Below, one piece after another: positions 25,916 through 39,549 of a stretch of DNA of 64,000 bases (positions within the stretch are counted from its first letter, which is position 1; each line of letters starts with the position of its first letter). The DNA is from Eledone cirrhosa (lineage: Eukaryota): contig OZ024740.1 of the NCBI GenBank assembly GCA_964016885.1, positions 303,242,001 to 303,306,000 of the forward strand. The letters run 5' to 3'. Both the position numbers and the translations under genes were made by a program. The notes below the pieces were generated by a model that did no database searches, had not been told where the DNA came from, and saw only the letters and a program-made list of their open reading frames with translations.

Positions 25916-26440
25916 ACTCCCTCGGGTCTACTCATATAGAATATGAAAACCCAATCAAAGCATCTGAAAAATAAACATACAAAGAAAAAGAAAAAATAAG
26001 AAAGATCTCGCAATTGCTACGGAAATCAATAACGAAAATATACAAATTAAGAAAAAAAGACAAATACTGTATAAAAATAACTCAACAAAAATATACGTAG
26101 ATGATATCAAAGAACGCCTGAAACAAAAAAATCCCACTAAATCGCAAAGAATCCGTCATTATGAAACGCAACAAGTCTTTGGGCAAAATAAGCAGTTCGA
26201 CGATTTTATGTGAAACTTAGTAGAAATAAAATGGAAATCAACATTCTCGTTCATTTAAGCCCCAATACTGCCGCGCCCTAGGCCATCATCCTCCCCATTT
26301 TTGTGGGCCTAGAGCCCTTGCCTTTCCCCCTCCTTTTCCGTTTTCATAACCACAAAAGACACTTAAATTTTTCACAATAAAGATATTAATAATTTAAGTA
26401 ACTGTCAAAAAGGATGTAGATTGTAGATGAACTCAGATAA

Positions 26441-26622
26441 TTGTTTCTACGTTTGGCACAAGGCCAGCAATTATCCAGTGCATTACTGGTACTTTATTTT
26501 ATCGACCCCGTAAGGATGAAAGGCAAAGTTAACCTCGGCGGGATTTGAACTCAGAATGGAAAGGGCCGTAACTCTTTGCGTCAAAGCATGGCGTCCGACC
26601 CTCTACCGATACTGCCAATCCA
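26441..26622 (-). mobile_element. SINE family A
   Basis: Near full length; TSD CAGATAAT on both sides. Confidence 0.85.
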
Positions 26623-28984
26623 CAGATAATGCACGTAAAATATGATAACGGCTGAAATATAGCTTCAACTATCTTTCGTCTGCAGCCGGTCATTTGGGAT
26701 GAGGGAATGCAATTGAGGATATTAAAGATATATTTTCAAGGATGGGCATATAATAGCGGTATCTACTTCCATGGATGATATCGTTGCCAAAGCAATGACC
26801 AATTCAGAATAACTGATGTTACCAAATTAGGTAATTATGACTCAGAATCAGAGTCTCTTTGAAACCACTATTATTTACCACTCCTCAAATGATATGAAAT
26901 CAATAATAATGTTTGAAGCCTCAAGACAGCTCAATCTATAAACAGATGAAAATGGGAGAGGAAATTGATAGTGTATCTAAGCATTATATTGATGATATTT
27001 TGCCTTCTTCTTTTTCAGCTTCTTTTTCTTCTTCTTCTTCTTCTTCGCCCACTTATCCCTGAGAGGGTCGGGCGGGGGGGGTGGGCGGTGCAGACACCTC
27101 AACTTCCAGTGAGTCCTGTCGAAAGCAACCGTCTCCAACTGATCCGGCTGGATCCCCAACCGAGGATCAAGTAGGATCAGTTGGAGATAGTTGCTTCCGA
27201 CAGGACCCACTGGAAGGAGTGTTTGATATTTTGCCATATTGATGATATTTTGCCATTTTTTAAAAACTTTTTTGAGTTATGAAACTTAGATTTTACGATA
27301 ACTTTCGAGGAATATACGGACATGCTTGAATTCGCATGGATAAAAAAATTTTTATTGCTAAGTTAACTGCCAAATTTCACTCACAGCGTATTGGTCCGCC
27401 GGAGTCGTTAGTAAAAGTCACTTGACCAAGGTGCCACATGGTGGGATTACGTGTGTATGTTTAATATACACAATACTAATACTTGTATTGGAAACTATAA
27501 TCGATTGATGGCAGGTATTGGAGCTTATGTCATGGAAGCTAGAAAGATGAAAGGCAAAGTCGGTATCGGCGATATTTGAACTCATAGCCTAAGTAGGACG
27601 ATCATAATTAAAACGGGAAGGGTGAATAAAACATTGACTCAAGGAAGTTATTTAGTATCGCGTTCTACCGATTCTGACGTTAGCGTCTAATAATTAGAAT
27701 ATATAGTGAATTGTCTTGTGGAGGAAATTGGGTAAAGAGGGAACTGACTGTTTGAAAGTCCGTTGGATGTAACCTTTTACTTGGTAGTTTGACAAACAAA
27801 CATTGATGAAATTAATACATTGTATGCAGTACTCCAGCATGGCTGCAGTTTAATGATAAATCAATAAAAAGATAAAAGAATAACCTAGTATTGTAATCGT
27901 CTCAATTTTCTGTAGCATTAATTAATCAGACATAAATCTTTCCTTGGATATGACGCTAGACTATCGAAGTAGCGTTTCTTGTCGTGATAATTATATTCGC
28001 TGCTGCAATTGTCATTTCCTCCGATATTATCACTATTTTCACTACTGAAAACGATTGTAATACCGTGGAAGTAACAATTGAACCGATAATCAAAGTGACG
28101 ACGCATATTTACAACCAAATAAACTCGACTGTTGATAGAATGCTTTGCGGTATTCATTTCGCTTCTCTGCTCTCTGCGTTCAAATCCCGCCGAAGTCAAC
28201 TTTGCTTTTCATCCATTCGAGGTTGATAAAAAATAGTACCAGTCAAATTCTGGGGTCGATTATTCCTCTATATCACTTTCTCACTTTATCCTTCTCTGGA
28301 AGAAATCTGCTGTGTTCAGACCTGGAGAGGAGATGGGCTCCGCCAGGTTTTAAAATGCCCTAGAAACATTATGGCGCCTCTCCAAGCCCATCGGGAGTTA
28401 TGCATGCATGCAAACTCGACTGTTAAGATTTATTAGGAAAGTTCGATCACTTCAAGCTTTCTCTTTCGTCTTAGTGTAAGGAATGTTAAAAGAAAGTGGT
28501 ATTGTCGTTTGAACTATAGGAAATGCATGAGAAGGAAATTTAGGTGAATGAGTGATCATTGCTACTGCTTTCAGTAGTGAAAAGAACGACAATGCCGTGG
28601 AAATGACAATTGCAGAAACGAATATAATTACCGCGACAAGAAAATTGAGACAATTACAATACTAGGTTATTCTTTTACGGAGAGACAAATGATTTGAGAG
28701 GATAATGAATATGGGGTGCCAGGTGAACGAAAAGGTATAAAGCTAATAATTAAAGAGAGAAGGTAGAATAAAACATTGACTCAACGAAGTCATTGATTAT
28801 TTACGTAAGACAATCTAAAATATAAATCAGTTAAAAGTCAATTTGCATATTTTATAATACAATGCATTATTAATTATTTAATTTGAAATATTTATGTCAT
28901 ACTGTGTTGTTAAATTCAATTCAAAGTAAATTTATATTTAGTGGTCCCTGAAGATTTCCTCGTGAATTTTGTGAAACGTAAAAC

Positions 28985-29200
28985 AATTCTCACCGGTCGC
29001 CGTCGAGACCTCAGGTGTACTTGGACACCGTACTGCCGAGCTCCTCCGCAAGATCGGAGCGTTGGCGGACCGTCTGAGGAGGGAGACCTGCGAGGTTGGG
29101 TGGCTGTTGCAGAGAGTGTCACTGGCCATCGTCCGCAGGAATAATTTTGCTGTCTTGTCCGCGGGGCGCAGCACTTCTGCCCTCTTGCCCTAGGCCCAAA
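28985..29200 (+). mobile_element. CRE-like 3' fragment (third, degraded copy)
   Basis: PVAVETSGVLG...EVGWLLQRVSLAIVRRNN.AVLSA in the frame starting at CCGGTCGCCGTCGAGACC. Confidence 0.55.
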
Positions 29201-30004
29201 GCCCAATCACCCTTCCCCTTTCACCCCTCCCCCTCTTCTGCGACACCAGAGCTCTTGCCATCCTCTCCCCTTCCCGTTCTTTTTCTTCTTTCTTTTTTCT
29301 CTATATTTCCCTATACTTTATTTCGTTTTGTTTCCTTTTTTTATTATTGCCGTCATACGACCCTAGCCATTCTGTGTTCAAGTCCCACCGAGGTTAACTT
29401 TCCAGTTCATCCTTACGGGGTCGATGAAATAAAGTACCAGTAATGCACTGGGTAATTGCTAGCTTTGTGCCAAAAGTAGAAACAATTAATAAATAATATC
29501 ATGTTTATACAGTTTTTATCATAAATAAATTGTCCCTTTTATATAAACTAGCAGTGAATTGATAGAATAGTCAGAACGTCAGATAAAATGCTTTGCAGTA
29601 TTCATTCCGATTCTATGCGCTTTGATTTCAAATCTCATCGAGGTCAACTTTACCTTTCATCCTTTGGCGGTTAATAAAGTATCAATCTAGTGCTGGGATC
29701 GATTCCTCCTTTCTTACTTTCTCCCTCCTTCTTTCTGTCTTCTTCTCTGGAAGAAATCCAGAGAGGATTGGTTACAATCAGGTTTAAATACCCACAAAAC
29801 ACTATGTCATGATAACGCCCTTCCACCCAATCAAAGATTATGTGTCCATGGATGGATGGAAACCGATACAAGAACATCTAGAACGTCTAGAAAATATTCC
29901 TTTAGTTTGCTCTTCATCTCTTTTTTTATTTTTCTGTCTTCTTTGAAATGCTGTATACAAAGAAACAGCCTCCGTTGTACTTAAACGAATCTAAAGTCTA
30001 AGTC

Positions 30005-30281
30005 TAAAGTTTGTCTCAAGTCCGGAGGCTCGTTAGGCTGCTGCTTATCCCAGTGTCGTAGCGTGAAGTGACTGAAAGTACAAGACTCTTCCCTGGGTAG
30101 GACGCCAGCCCATCGCAGGCTTAAACCCCCAGCTATTGCTGTTATTCATTTTCAGCTGAGTATACTGGAGTAGAGTAAAATTAAGTGTTTTGCTCAAGAA
30201 CACAACACAGTCCAGGAATCGAACCCACGACATTATGATCGTAAGTCCAACACCCTTACCACTAGGCCACGCACCTCCACA
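30005..30281 (-). mobile_element. tRNA-derived SINE family C (CORE-like)
   Basis: GGACGCCAG.CCATCGCAGG.TTAAACCCCCAGC...ATCGAACCC...CCACTAGGCCAC; homologs at ~41420-41690 and ~57300-57460 (opposite strand). Confidence 0.75.
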
Positions 30282-31476
30282 ACTTAAACGAATGCGGTTT
30301 TAATTGCAACAGGTTTTTTTTTTAATAAGTTTGTTAGGTGGAGTATACACGACCTTTACAGGTATTCCCATATAAGATAGCTAATATCTTGTCTAAATTT
30401 TTGCAGGAAAAAGTGGATGGAGTGAAAATTGGGATTCTAGTTTGATACCTGTAACAGTGAATTCCACTAAAGAGACACGGCAACCAAATGATTGAATCCA
30501 GCCGGTTAGTGTGATCAGCCAGCTACACAAAGGAAATCCGCTGAAGTTATTTAAATAGCAGGCGGTGATATTAAACAGGGCAGTGTGTTAACCCTACTAA
30601 GTGAACTCTGATAAAGACATCCTCAAATCATGTGGTGGTGTTCGACTTACCATCCAAGTGAACCCCGCTAATAACATGCAAAGACTAGGTATTAATGTTG
30701 GGAGTGTTTCAGGATGTACACAGTGTTCTTTGTATTAGCTGCGATCGTTTGCTACAGTTAAAGAGTAGCTGCTGTTATCGTAAGTTCTACGACAGAAAAC
30801 GAGTGATTGATAGAAGTTTTCAAGTATAAATATAGTCAATATACTTTATCTGACCTGTCAACTCTCCCTGTCAAACGGGGAGATCTCCCACCCACTTTGG
30901 GGTGTGTGAGAGATGTCTTCTCTTCTGAAAATGAGTATAGCTTTCATTATGTAAAATCTCCTTTTGTCTCATTTCTCCCCGTTTTGGGGGCTCTTTTTTT
31001 CATGGCACTCCGTTTGGGTTTTAAGAGGTTGGCAGGTCTGCATTATATACGTGTTTGTTTGTGTGTGTGGAAATATATGCATCATGTTGACAGGTAGACG
31101 GGAACAGCTTGGAAGTCCGCTGAATTGACTGTACCTATATTTCAAAGGGCCACCCTTGCCATACACTGTGTCGCGCTGAAACTTGCTGAGGATTACGTAA
31201 AGGGCACACTGACTGTGGAATGCTCAGCTACTTTAACATTAATTTTATGAGCAGGCTCTTTCGTTGATCGAACCACTGGAACACTCATCGTCGAAACTGG
31301 TGGAGTGGCATTTCTATATGTCCAATAGGTGAGAAGATATTGTATCAAAATAAAGGTTTGGATAATCACAAGCCAATTAAACAAAGATTAAGAAACAAAC
31401 ATATTTGGTTTTACAAAAGGGAAGAAAAATACTTCTTTCCTCTCGTTTGTATAGTTTATGTAGATAAGTGTGTAGA

Positions 31477-31531
<55 letters not shown>

Positions 31532-31703
31532 GTAGGGTGTGGTAAAATACCAGGTGGACCATCATAACCCACCAGAATACTCGATACTTGGGGTAGTAGA
31601 GTGGGTAATATGAAGATATTCAGGAACCCAACGGCTGAGCTCTGGCCGTTTCGACAGCTAGATCCGAAACGGCTGGAGCTCACCCTTCGGAGTCCTGAAT
31701 CTC

Positions 31704-31744
<41 letters not shown>

Positions 31745-31806
31745 ATGTAATAAACAACACATAGAGCACTCTCTTTTCCTTTACCTTTCCTACGGAAATA
31801 CTTCAT

Positions 31807-31926
<120 letters not shown>

Positions 31927-32259
31927 AGAGAGTCTGCGGTGCTGAGACCGGAGAGACCACTAAACATGGGAGTACTCAATCCATGGGAGATGCAGTGTGG
32001 GTATAGAGATATATAAAATCCCAACCGCGGCGCCAAGTGGTTTTAACTTGTGTGTTCAACAAGGCTTGCTAAACACACATGCCGAAACCGCTTGGCGCCG
32101 CGGTAGGAATTTTACATATATGTGTGTGTGTGTGTGTGTGTATGCGTGTTTAAGATATACGACATCCAATGATAAAAGGTCAATCTATTGCAGCAAGAGA
32201 ACTTATTTAGTATAAATAAAGTTTCATACGCTTAACGTTACGTGTATTAAACTTTATTT

Positions 32260-32367
<108 letters not shown>

Positions 32368-32470
32368 CAGGGTGTCCTAAAAAATGTATACACACTTCAA
32401 CACCATTCTAATAACTATTGCCTGTACAGGTAATCAAAGTGTGTATATAATTTTTTGGGGGGACACCCTG
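32368..32470. mobile_element. Tc1/mariner-type MITE
   Basis: TA|CAGGGTGTCCTAAAAAATGTATACACACT ... GTGTGTATATAATTTTTTGGGGGGACACCCTG|TA. Confidence 0.7.
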
Positions 32471-33215
32471 TATATATATATATATATATATATAAACTTT
32501 TGCAACTGAAAATACATTGGAAGTTATTCAGGGGACCTAGGTTTCGTGTTCTACATCCTATACAATGTTATATTCGAAATTTCGGGCTTCTCTATAACTT
32601 ATCAAGTATTTTCAAATCCAAACATTAAAACAATATAGATATATGAAAATATGTGTGTGCGTATGTATGCATGCATGTGTATGTATGTATGTATGTTCTT
32701 CTGGTTTTATAATTTCACAAAGTTTTACCGATAGAGAGAGAGTCGGTTTCTAACATAGACACAAGACTCTCTCATTGGAATTTACACAACATCAACTAGG
32801 TAGATATGTATGTATGCATGCATGTGTAGATATGGATGTTATTGTATGTGTGGATGTGGATGTTTTGAGTTGTATGTGTGCATGTGTATATGCTCTGTAT
32901 CTGTACATGTGTATATGCAGTTATTAGATGCAACATTTTTGGAATGTATGTATGTATGTATGTATGCATGTATCTATGCATGTACGTATGTGCGTATGTA
33001 TGTGTGTGTATGCATGTATGTGTATGTGTGCATGTGTGTATGTAAGAATGAATGTATGTATTATGTGCATGCTGAAACTGTGTACATAGACACACAATAG
33101 GACAAAACGAAACTGAAATATACAAACATTTCGAATATCGTCTCACCTGGTCCCGTGATTCTTCTTATGATGTATATCGATATGTATAACAAGAGCAGAT
33201 GAGGCAGGTGAGAAG

Positions 33216-33228
33216 TGACCTCTGACCT
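33216..33228 (-). promoter_or_regulatory. Perfect DR1 nuclear-receptor motif (AGGTCA-G-AGGTCA)
   Basis: TGACCTCTGACCT on + in non-repetitive-looking sequence; function unproven. Confidence 0.3.
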
Positions 33229-33605
33229 CAAGTTCATAGCTTAACATTTGATAGTAAAAGTTTAGGTACGTAAACATAGACTTTCTTCTAGTGACAAAAA
33301 AAGAACAAAACTGCCAATTGTAACGTGTAGTTGATGATGTAAGGTGCAATGAAGACGAAGAAACTAGCAGCTCGAGAGGGGGGGAAGGAGGGAAAGAGAG
33401 AAAGAGAGAGAGAATGAGAAAGAGAGAAAGGGGGAGAGAGAGAAGTAGAAAGAAAGAAGCTAAAACAGCTGGCATGTACTGTATATATGATGCGGTCAGC
33501 TTGACTATAAATGACTTGACAACAACGATAGCTGCCTAGATACGGAGGGCGAGCTAGGAGACTGCATTCACATGCATATACATAAGCACGCACACACACC
33601 CACAC

Positions 33606-33664
<59 letters not shown>

Positions 33665-35161
33665 GTAAATACTGTCACACACATACACATACGTACACAC
33701 ATACATGTATGCACATATACACATGAACACATTATCTGACACACATACATTCACATTCTCACATTCAGACACACAACACACACGGCACACACACAACGTA
33801 TACATAGATTCACATATACAACACATACACAAACGCACACTCATGTGTACATGCAAGAATGAAACTGAAAAATCTCGGAGACGTTTGAAGGCGCATGCTA
33901 AGAACTGTGGTTAAAACGTCCACTTATAATCATTAGGTTCTAAGTTCGATTGCGTGGCATCTTGATCATATGTCTTCTAATGCTTTGTGAGTGGAATTAG
34001 ATGAAGGCTGTTTTAGTAAACTGTAGAATGGACTGTTCATATTTAACTCAGCCATCTGGCCATCGCGTGACATTAGCAAACTCCAATCTGATACAAGCAT
34101 TTAGTCTCTGATCTAAGAATATCTTCTTCCTTTTCAAGTCTGAGAAACCATACAAAAGATTATATCGCTGCTCTTTTCCTTCTGACGAAGCCATACACAG
34201 TGCAAAACAGAAATACACACACTCACACACACACAGTTCTCAAATGGCTGCTTTATCAACACACACTGATCTATAACCTCAGGGTCATCAACAATGATAG
34301 TTTTCCCTTGTGGTAGACCCATGGCACCAATTGTCTAACAAGAAGACATTTCCGATGGCTATCTGGACACACAATGCTTATAAATACAAGAGACTTTGTC
34401 CCCAGTTAGCAGAATCTGTTTCTTCTCTCTGTCACAGAGCACAGTCTGCTTCTTTACTCTGTCACAGACAGATAACTGGTTTTACCAAACTTGTATAGTT
34501 CTCCATGTAGCCAAACACATAGACACATAGACACATACACTCGCTAGCCACTTCTAATGGTTAAGAGACGCTGCAGGGCCAACTATCAACATCAACACAC
34601 AGATTAGTAAATTCACAACTTCAGGATTCTACATTTACACACACAATCAACACGCTGTTACAATACGCGTACCTTTTTCGATTGTTCATTATTATTACAC
34701 ATGATTTCGAAATAAATCATGCAACAATTAAAAACATATAAATTAGCTGTTCATTTGTAAATCCATACATGCATATTTGGGTGGATGTTGTAGGTATATC
34801 GATGATATATTTGTTCCTAACTAGGTATTTCTAGGGTTTGCAAAACACATAGCAAGATTGATTATGTTACTTGTAAGAGTCTGATCTTAGTGTGGTTGGA
34901 AAGATTTGAGCGCCAAACTCGATCCATCTTGTTGCAAGCTGACCAACATCTTGTTGCAAGCTGACTTGGGCCTTTCCGGTGGCGAAATCCTTCTCAGAGT
35001 CCATATAGAACTTAACCAGTAACGTGCATTTATACATATACACATACAGACATATATATGTATATATACACGACTGACTTGCAATGTAATTTTGAACACT
35101 CAATATATAAACAATACACAGAAATATATATATATATATATATATAACGAAGGAATTGTGG

Positions 35162-35207
<46 letters not shown>

Positions 35208-35224
35208 GGTATATATATATATAT

Positions 35225-35740
35225 CGTTTTGCAAGATTTCTTATGTGACAATGTGTGTTGAAACAGATATTGTTATACTTTGGGAGGCTCGTGCTGCCAA
35301 TAAAAAAATACGCACCTGTTGGTTTACACTTCAATTTATTATAGATTCCCAGTCGGTTAGTTTAATAACCGAATGGGTGTTTAGTTGTTGATTGTCAAAG
35401 CTCTTTCATTACACATTCTGTGACCTCCTCGGTGACTACCTTTGTTATTTTGTTCTGTCTTACATCTTGTTGTTTTTATGAGCTATGTACTTAAGCTGCG
35501 CAAGCATTATATCCGTGTTTGTGTGTGTGTGTGTGTACGCGCGTTTATTTGTGTAGACATTTATTGACTTGTCACTAGTTGGTTGGTTGTTCCATCTGTG
35601 TGTCTGGTTCATGTTTGGTTTGGTTCTTGTGTCTCTCTATATGTCTTTACCTTAGTTACTAGTTGTGATGTTATTGCTATTTCACTCATGTTTTCTAATT
35701 AGTTTTGGTTGGAGTTCGCTTATGTTTGTCGCTTCTGTAA
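35225..35740 (-). mobile_element. Copy of second PLE family (EN C-terminus + pLTR); hammerhead remnant at 35394-35436
   Basis: Reverse complement matches 53820-54360 (QITEA.NI.ELQPKL.RKHE; GTCACCGAGGAGGTCACAGAATGTGTAATGAAAGAGCTTTGAC). Confidence 0.8.
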
Positions 35741-36720
35741 TCTGTTGGAGCAGATATAGTAGTTTAGACTGTTGATGGGCTATGTGAAAGACATGAGGGT
35801 AGCTTATTTTATTTCTTGTAGATCAACGAAGGAGTCTCTGCGAAGATGTTTGCTCTGCTACAAATAACAACCAATCTTACTGTAGTCTGTAAAATGCATG
35901 GCCTTCATATTTGGTCAAAGGAAACCAATATTTTGTTATATACCTGTATTGTTTTCTTACATATTCTACATTCTTTAGTTAGTGTTTATATTTATTCCAT
36001 ATGGTGACGCATTCTGATTCATTCTTTTCATTCATACACAAACTCAAACTGTAACCAATATTTCTTCATTTAATTAGAAAATTTATTGTAAGTTGAGAAG
36101 AGCTTAATTATTTGTCATGCGTTATGTTTTTCAAGATTATTTTGCATCTATTATTTAATTGTTGAAAAGCATTAGGAATTGAAAATTCTCTTTGTGTGTT
36201 TGCATAATTAATTTATATCCGGTAATTAGTTTATTTATTTATTTATTTATTGGTATTTTGTATATTTATGATATAAGAGCTCCTCATTTTATTAATTTAG
36301 GGATGTAATATAACATTTTCTATATTTATTTTCAAAATTATTCAAGAAATATATTTCACGCATGTAATAGTATATGAATGCGTTGTTGCTAAAACGACTA
36401 GGAAGCCTTGATGATGAGGAAAACAGAGCACATGGACGTTAATGTTTATGTACAAGTCCAAAAAATGTTGTTAGTTGTTTGAAGATTTTGTTACGACTGT
36501 ATAAAAGTTACCTGGACGTAAATAAAACGAAATAGTGCTCTATTAAAATTCCATTAAATCTGCTGGGATAAGTTTGTGTTAACATCACTTAATTGGAAAG
36601 ACGAGACAACATTAACTAAAATACTTTGGTCGTTTAGGCAAGTAATTCCAAACATGATTTGATATTACTGGTGATATCAATGTAGTGTACACATCACTGT
36701 AACGGTGATAAGAAAATAAC

Positions 36721-37036
36721 TACTCTCGGGTCCCAAATAATAGAGGGGGATTGGAATAAGCGGGGGTGGTTGATATCTGTTAAATTCTTATAAGCAGGTG
36801 GCTGGAATAAACGAGGTGGGGAAATCGGAAATTGTATAGTGTACGTTCGAAAATATGGGATTTCTTGTAATGTTCTTTTTTTGTTTTATATAATGTTCTT
36901 TTAATGTAAAATAAAATTAGTATTAGATTCTCTAGTTGCTGTATCGATATGAATTACTTACAATAAAATTTCGCCGAAGATAGATTAGCAAAATCTAATA
37001 AGCGGGAGGAAGGCGATTATTCAAGACCAGGGAGTG
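36721..37036. mobile_element. MITE family with TACTCTCGGGTCCCAAATAATAG termini
   Basis: Related ends at ~6549-6902, 48772-48802, 49586-49750, 51010-51158, 57290-57310. Confidence 0.6.
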
Positions 37037-38304
37037 AGTAAATACACAATATTGTACACGAGTGCCTACCATATGCTAATGAATCTTGGCGGTGGTGGAA
37101 ATGAGCTTGGGGGATTGGGTATACGGTATTCTAAGATTTATACTCAGGGTGTACAGAGGGGCTCATCAGGAATGAAGAGACCTCGGTTGTCTTTTGAGCT
37201 TTTAATTTAGCCTTAAATATGCACATTCATCACCAAACATTCTATAATATACATGTTTATACTTACGACTTTAAGAAAGTATGTAGACCTCTAGAAACAA
37301 TTATATATGGTTTTCTCCGCATTATCTGTTAGAAACTCTACGTGCATATTCACAGCTTCACAGCCTATAACCATAAGGGTCAGCAAGTACCTGTATTGAG
37401 CGGTAAGCTGTCAAAGTTTTAACTACTGATTCTCTCTATTATGACCACATTCGCTCATAATAGAGATAGATGGGGAGGGCGAGAGAGATGGAGGCGATAA
37501 CAGTGGGAGTTCGGCTCTTCTGTGTTCGGACCTCGTGTGTAGTGTCAGTTGTCCGTAACCATGTAGTGATTCATAATTACTTATAACTAGTCTTATTTTT
37601 TCCATAAATCGTCTACTGATTATTGGTTGTACAGAGTAATTCATTTTCTTTATACTTTACAAAACATTATACATAACAAAAAAAGTACATTACAAGAAAT
37701 CTCATACGTGATAAAATAAATAGGATGGTTTGGAGTCTCAATATGTAAACTAAACGATTCATTCTGGGGGGTTTTTTAAATCAACGGAGACAACCTACAA
37801 AAATTATCGATTTCCACCCGAGAGTCCTTTTTTTATCGAATGCTTTCGTTTTTTTAATACTTTCGTTATTGAATATACTTACTTTCTTTAAATAAAGCAT
37901 ATAAGTAGCGATTTTATTTTTATTTCATTACCTATGTGATCAAGGGCAAATAACTTACCCAAGGAATCATTACATCATCATCATCATCATCATCATAATG
38001 AACACTAGCTCACTTACATACCTGCAATCATCTCTGGTCACACTGTATCAGGGCACATCACTCTACAGAAATGAGACCACATCACAAAGCAATCCACAAG
38101 TGAACAACAAACCACAGTACTAACTAACAACACCAACTCATCTTCCCCCACATCTACAATATATTCCCCTGTTACAGCCAAAATAATATCTATCACTACA
38201 TATTTTTTCGTATCTACAGGATTGTTCGTATCTGCCTTATAGCGATAAATACATCTGAGGACATATTTTACAATAATTTATGTAAAATTTCAAATTAATT
38301 CACA

Positions 38305-38797
38305 TTAGTTTCTGATTTAGACACAAGGCCAACAATTTGGGGGTGGGGGAGTCAATTAAATCAACCTCAGTGCATTACTGGTACTTTATTTTATCGATCC
38401 CGTAAGGATGAAAGGCAAAGTTTACCTCGGTAGGATTTGAATTCAGATAGTAAAGGGGTATAACCCTATGTCATAAAGTAAGTTGTCCGATACTGCCAAT
38501 CACCCGTCCTAAAATTCAAACTATTGGATATTAAAACATGAATATCATTATTTCTATACTTTTAATTAAGGGAAATAATGGTTTCTACTATAGGCACAAG
38601 GCCAACATTTTGGGGTAGGGGGAAAGTCGATAAAATCGACACCAGTGCATTACTGATATTTTATTTTACCGAACCCGTAAGGATGAAAGGCAAAGTTAAC
38701 CTCGGAGTAATTTGAAATCAGAACGTAAAAGGCCGTAACTATATACCGCGAAGCATGGTGTCCGACGCTCTACCGATACTGCCAATCCACTGCCCTC
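38305..38797 (-). mobile_element. Two adjacent older-subfamily SINE A copies
   Basis: ~38305-38510 and ~38577-38797; carry an extra G-rich segment before the tail absent from the young subfamily. Confidence 0.8.
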
Positions 38798-39365
38798 AAT
38801 TAAGAGAAATAATGAGACGATGGTAAAGCTAAACTCAAAGTGTTAATTTGGTAGGGAGTACGATAGCTGAGTAAAAGGGAAAGAGGGGAAAAAGAGGGAT
38901 GAGAAAAAGGGGCTGTGGTGAAGGAGAATGGTCAGAAAGTCGGATAGATCGGTAGACAGCTACAATATTTAATATAACTAGCAGAAAAACCACCCTTCGG
39001 TGTAGTGTGCATATTGATATTATACACAAATATATATATACATGTAGATATGATACATCAAATGAAATCGTAATTGACAATATACACAGAAATTGAACGA
39101 AGTCTACGTTACACTCTCTTCTGTAATCAGTAAAGTAATCCATGATGCATTAAAAAAAGACGATATTATATATAAACTGCATTGGGAGAAAATTAGCGAC
39201 GGTAATATATGGATGTTTATATAAGCGATGTAATAACCGGAAATGTTGACATTTGAAAATTTCAAAGAAGTGAATAAAATAAGCAATAAAATTATTTATA
39301 TTTAATCAAGAGTTACGAAATTTAGTAGATAAATTATGTAATATTCATTCATTATTTATTCAAAG

Positions 39366-39549
39366 GGCGGTGAATTGGCAGTATCGGTAGAGGGTCGGAC
39401 GCCATGTTTTCCAGCATAGTTACGTCCCTTTACGATCAGAGTTCAAATCCCGCCGAGGTTAACTTTGCCTTTCATCCTTACGGGGTCGATAAAATAAAGT
39501 ACCAGTAATGCACTGGGTAATTGCTGGCCTTGTGCCTAAAGTAGAGACA
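39366..39549 (+). mobile_element. SINE family A, full length, 15-bp TSD
   Basis: ATTATTTATTCAAAG at 39351-39365 and 39550-39564; A-box-like TGGCAGTATCGG and B-box GAGTTCAAATC. Confidence 0.9.

Noticed and set aside
39366-39450. tRNA gene
   Set aside because: A/B boxes belong to SINE heads; no cloverleaf and continues into the SINE body. Same for other copies.
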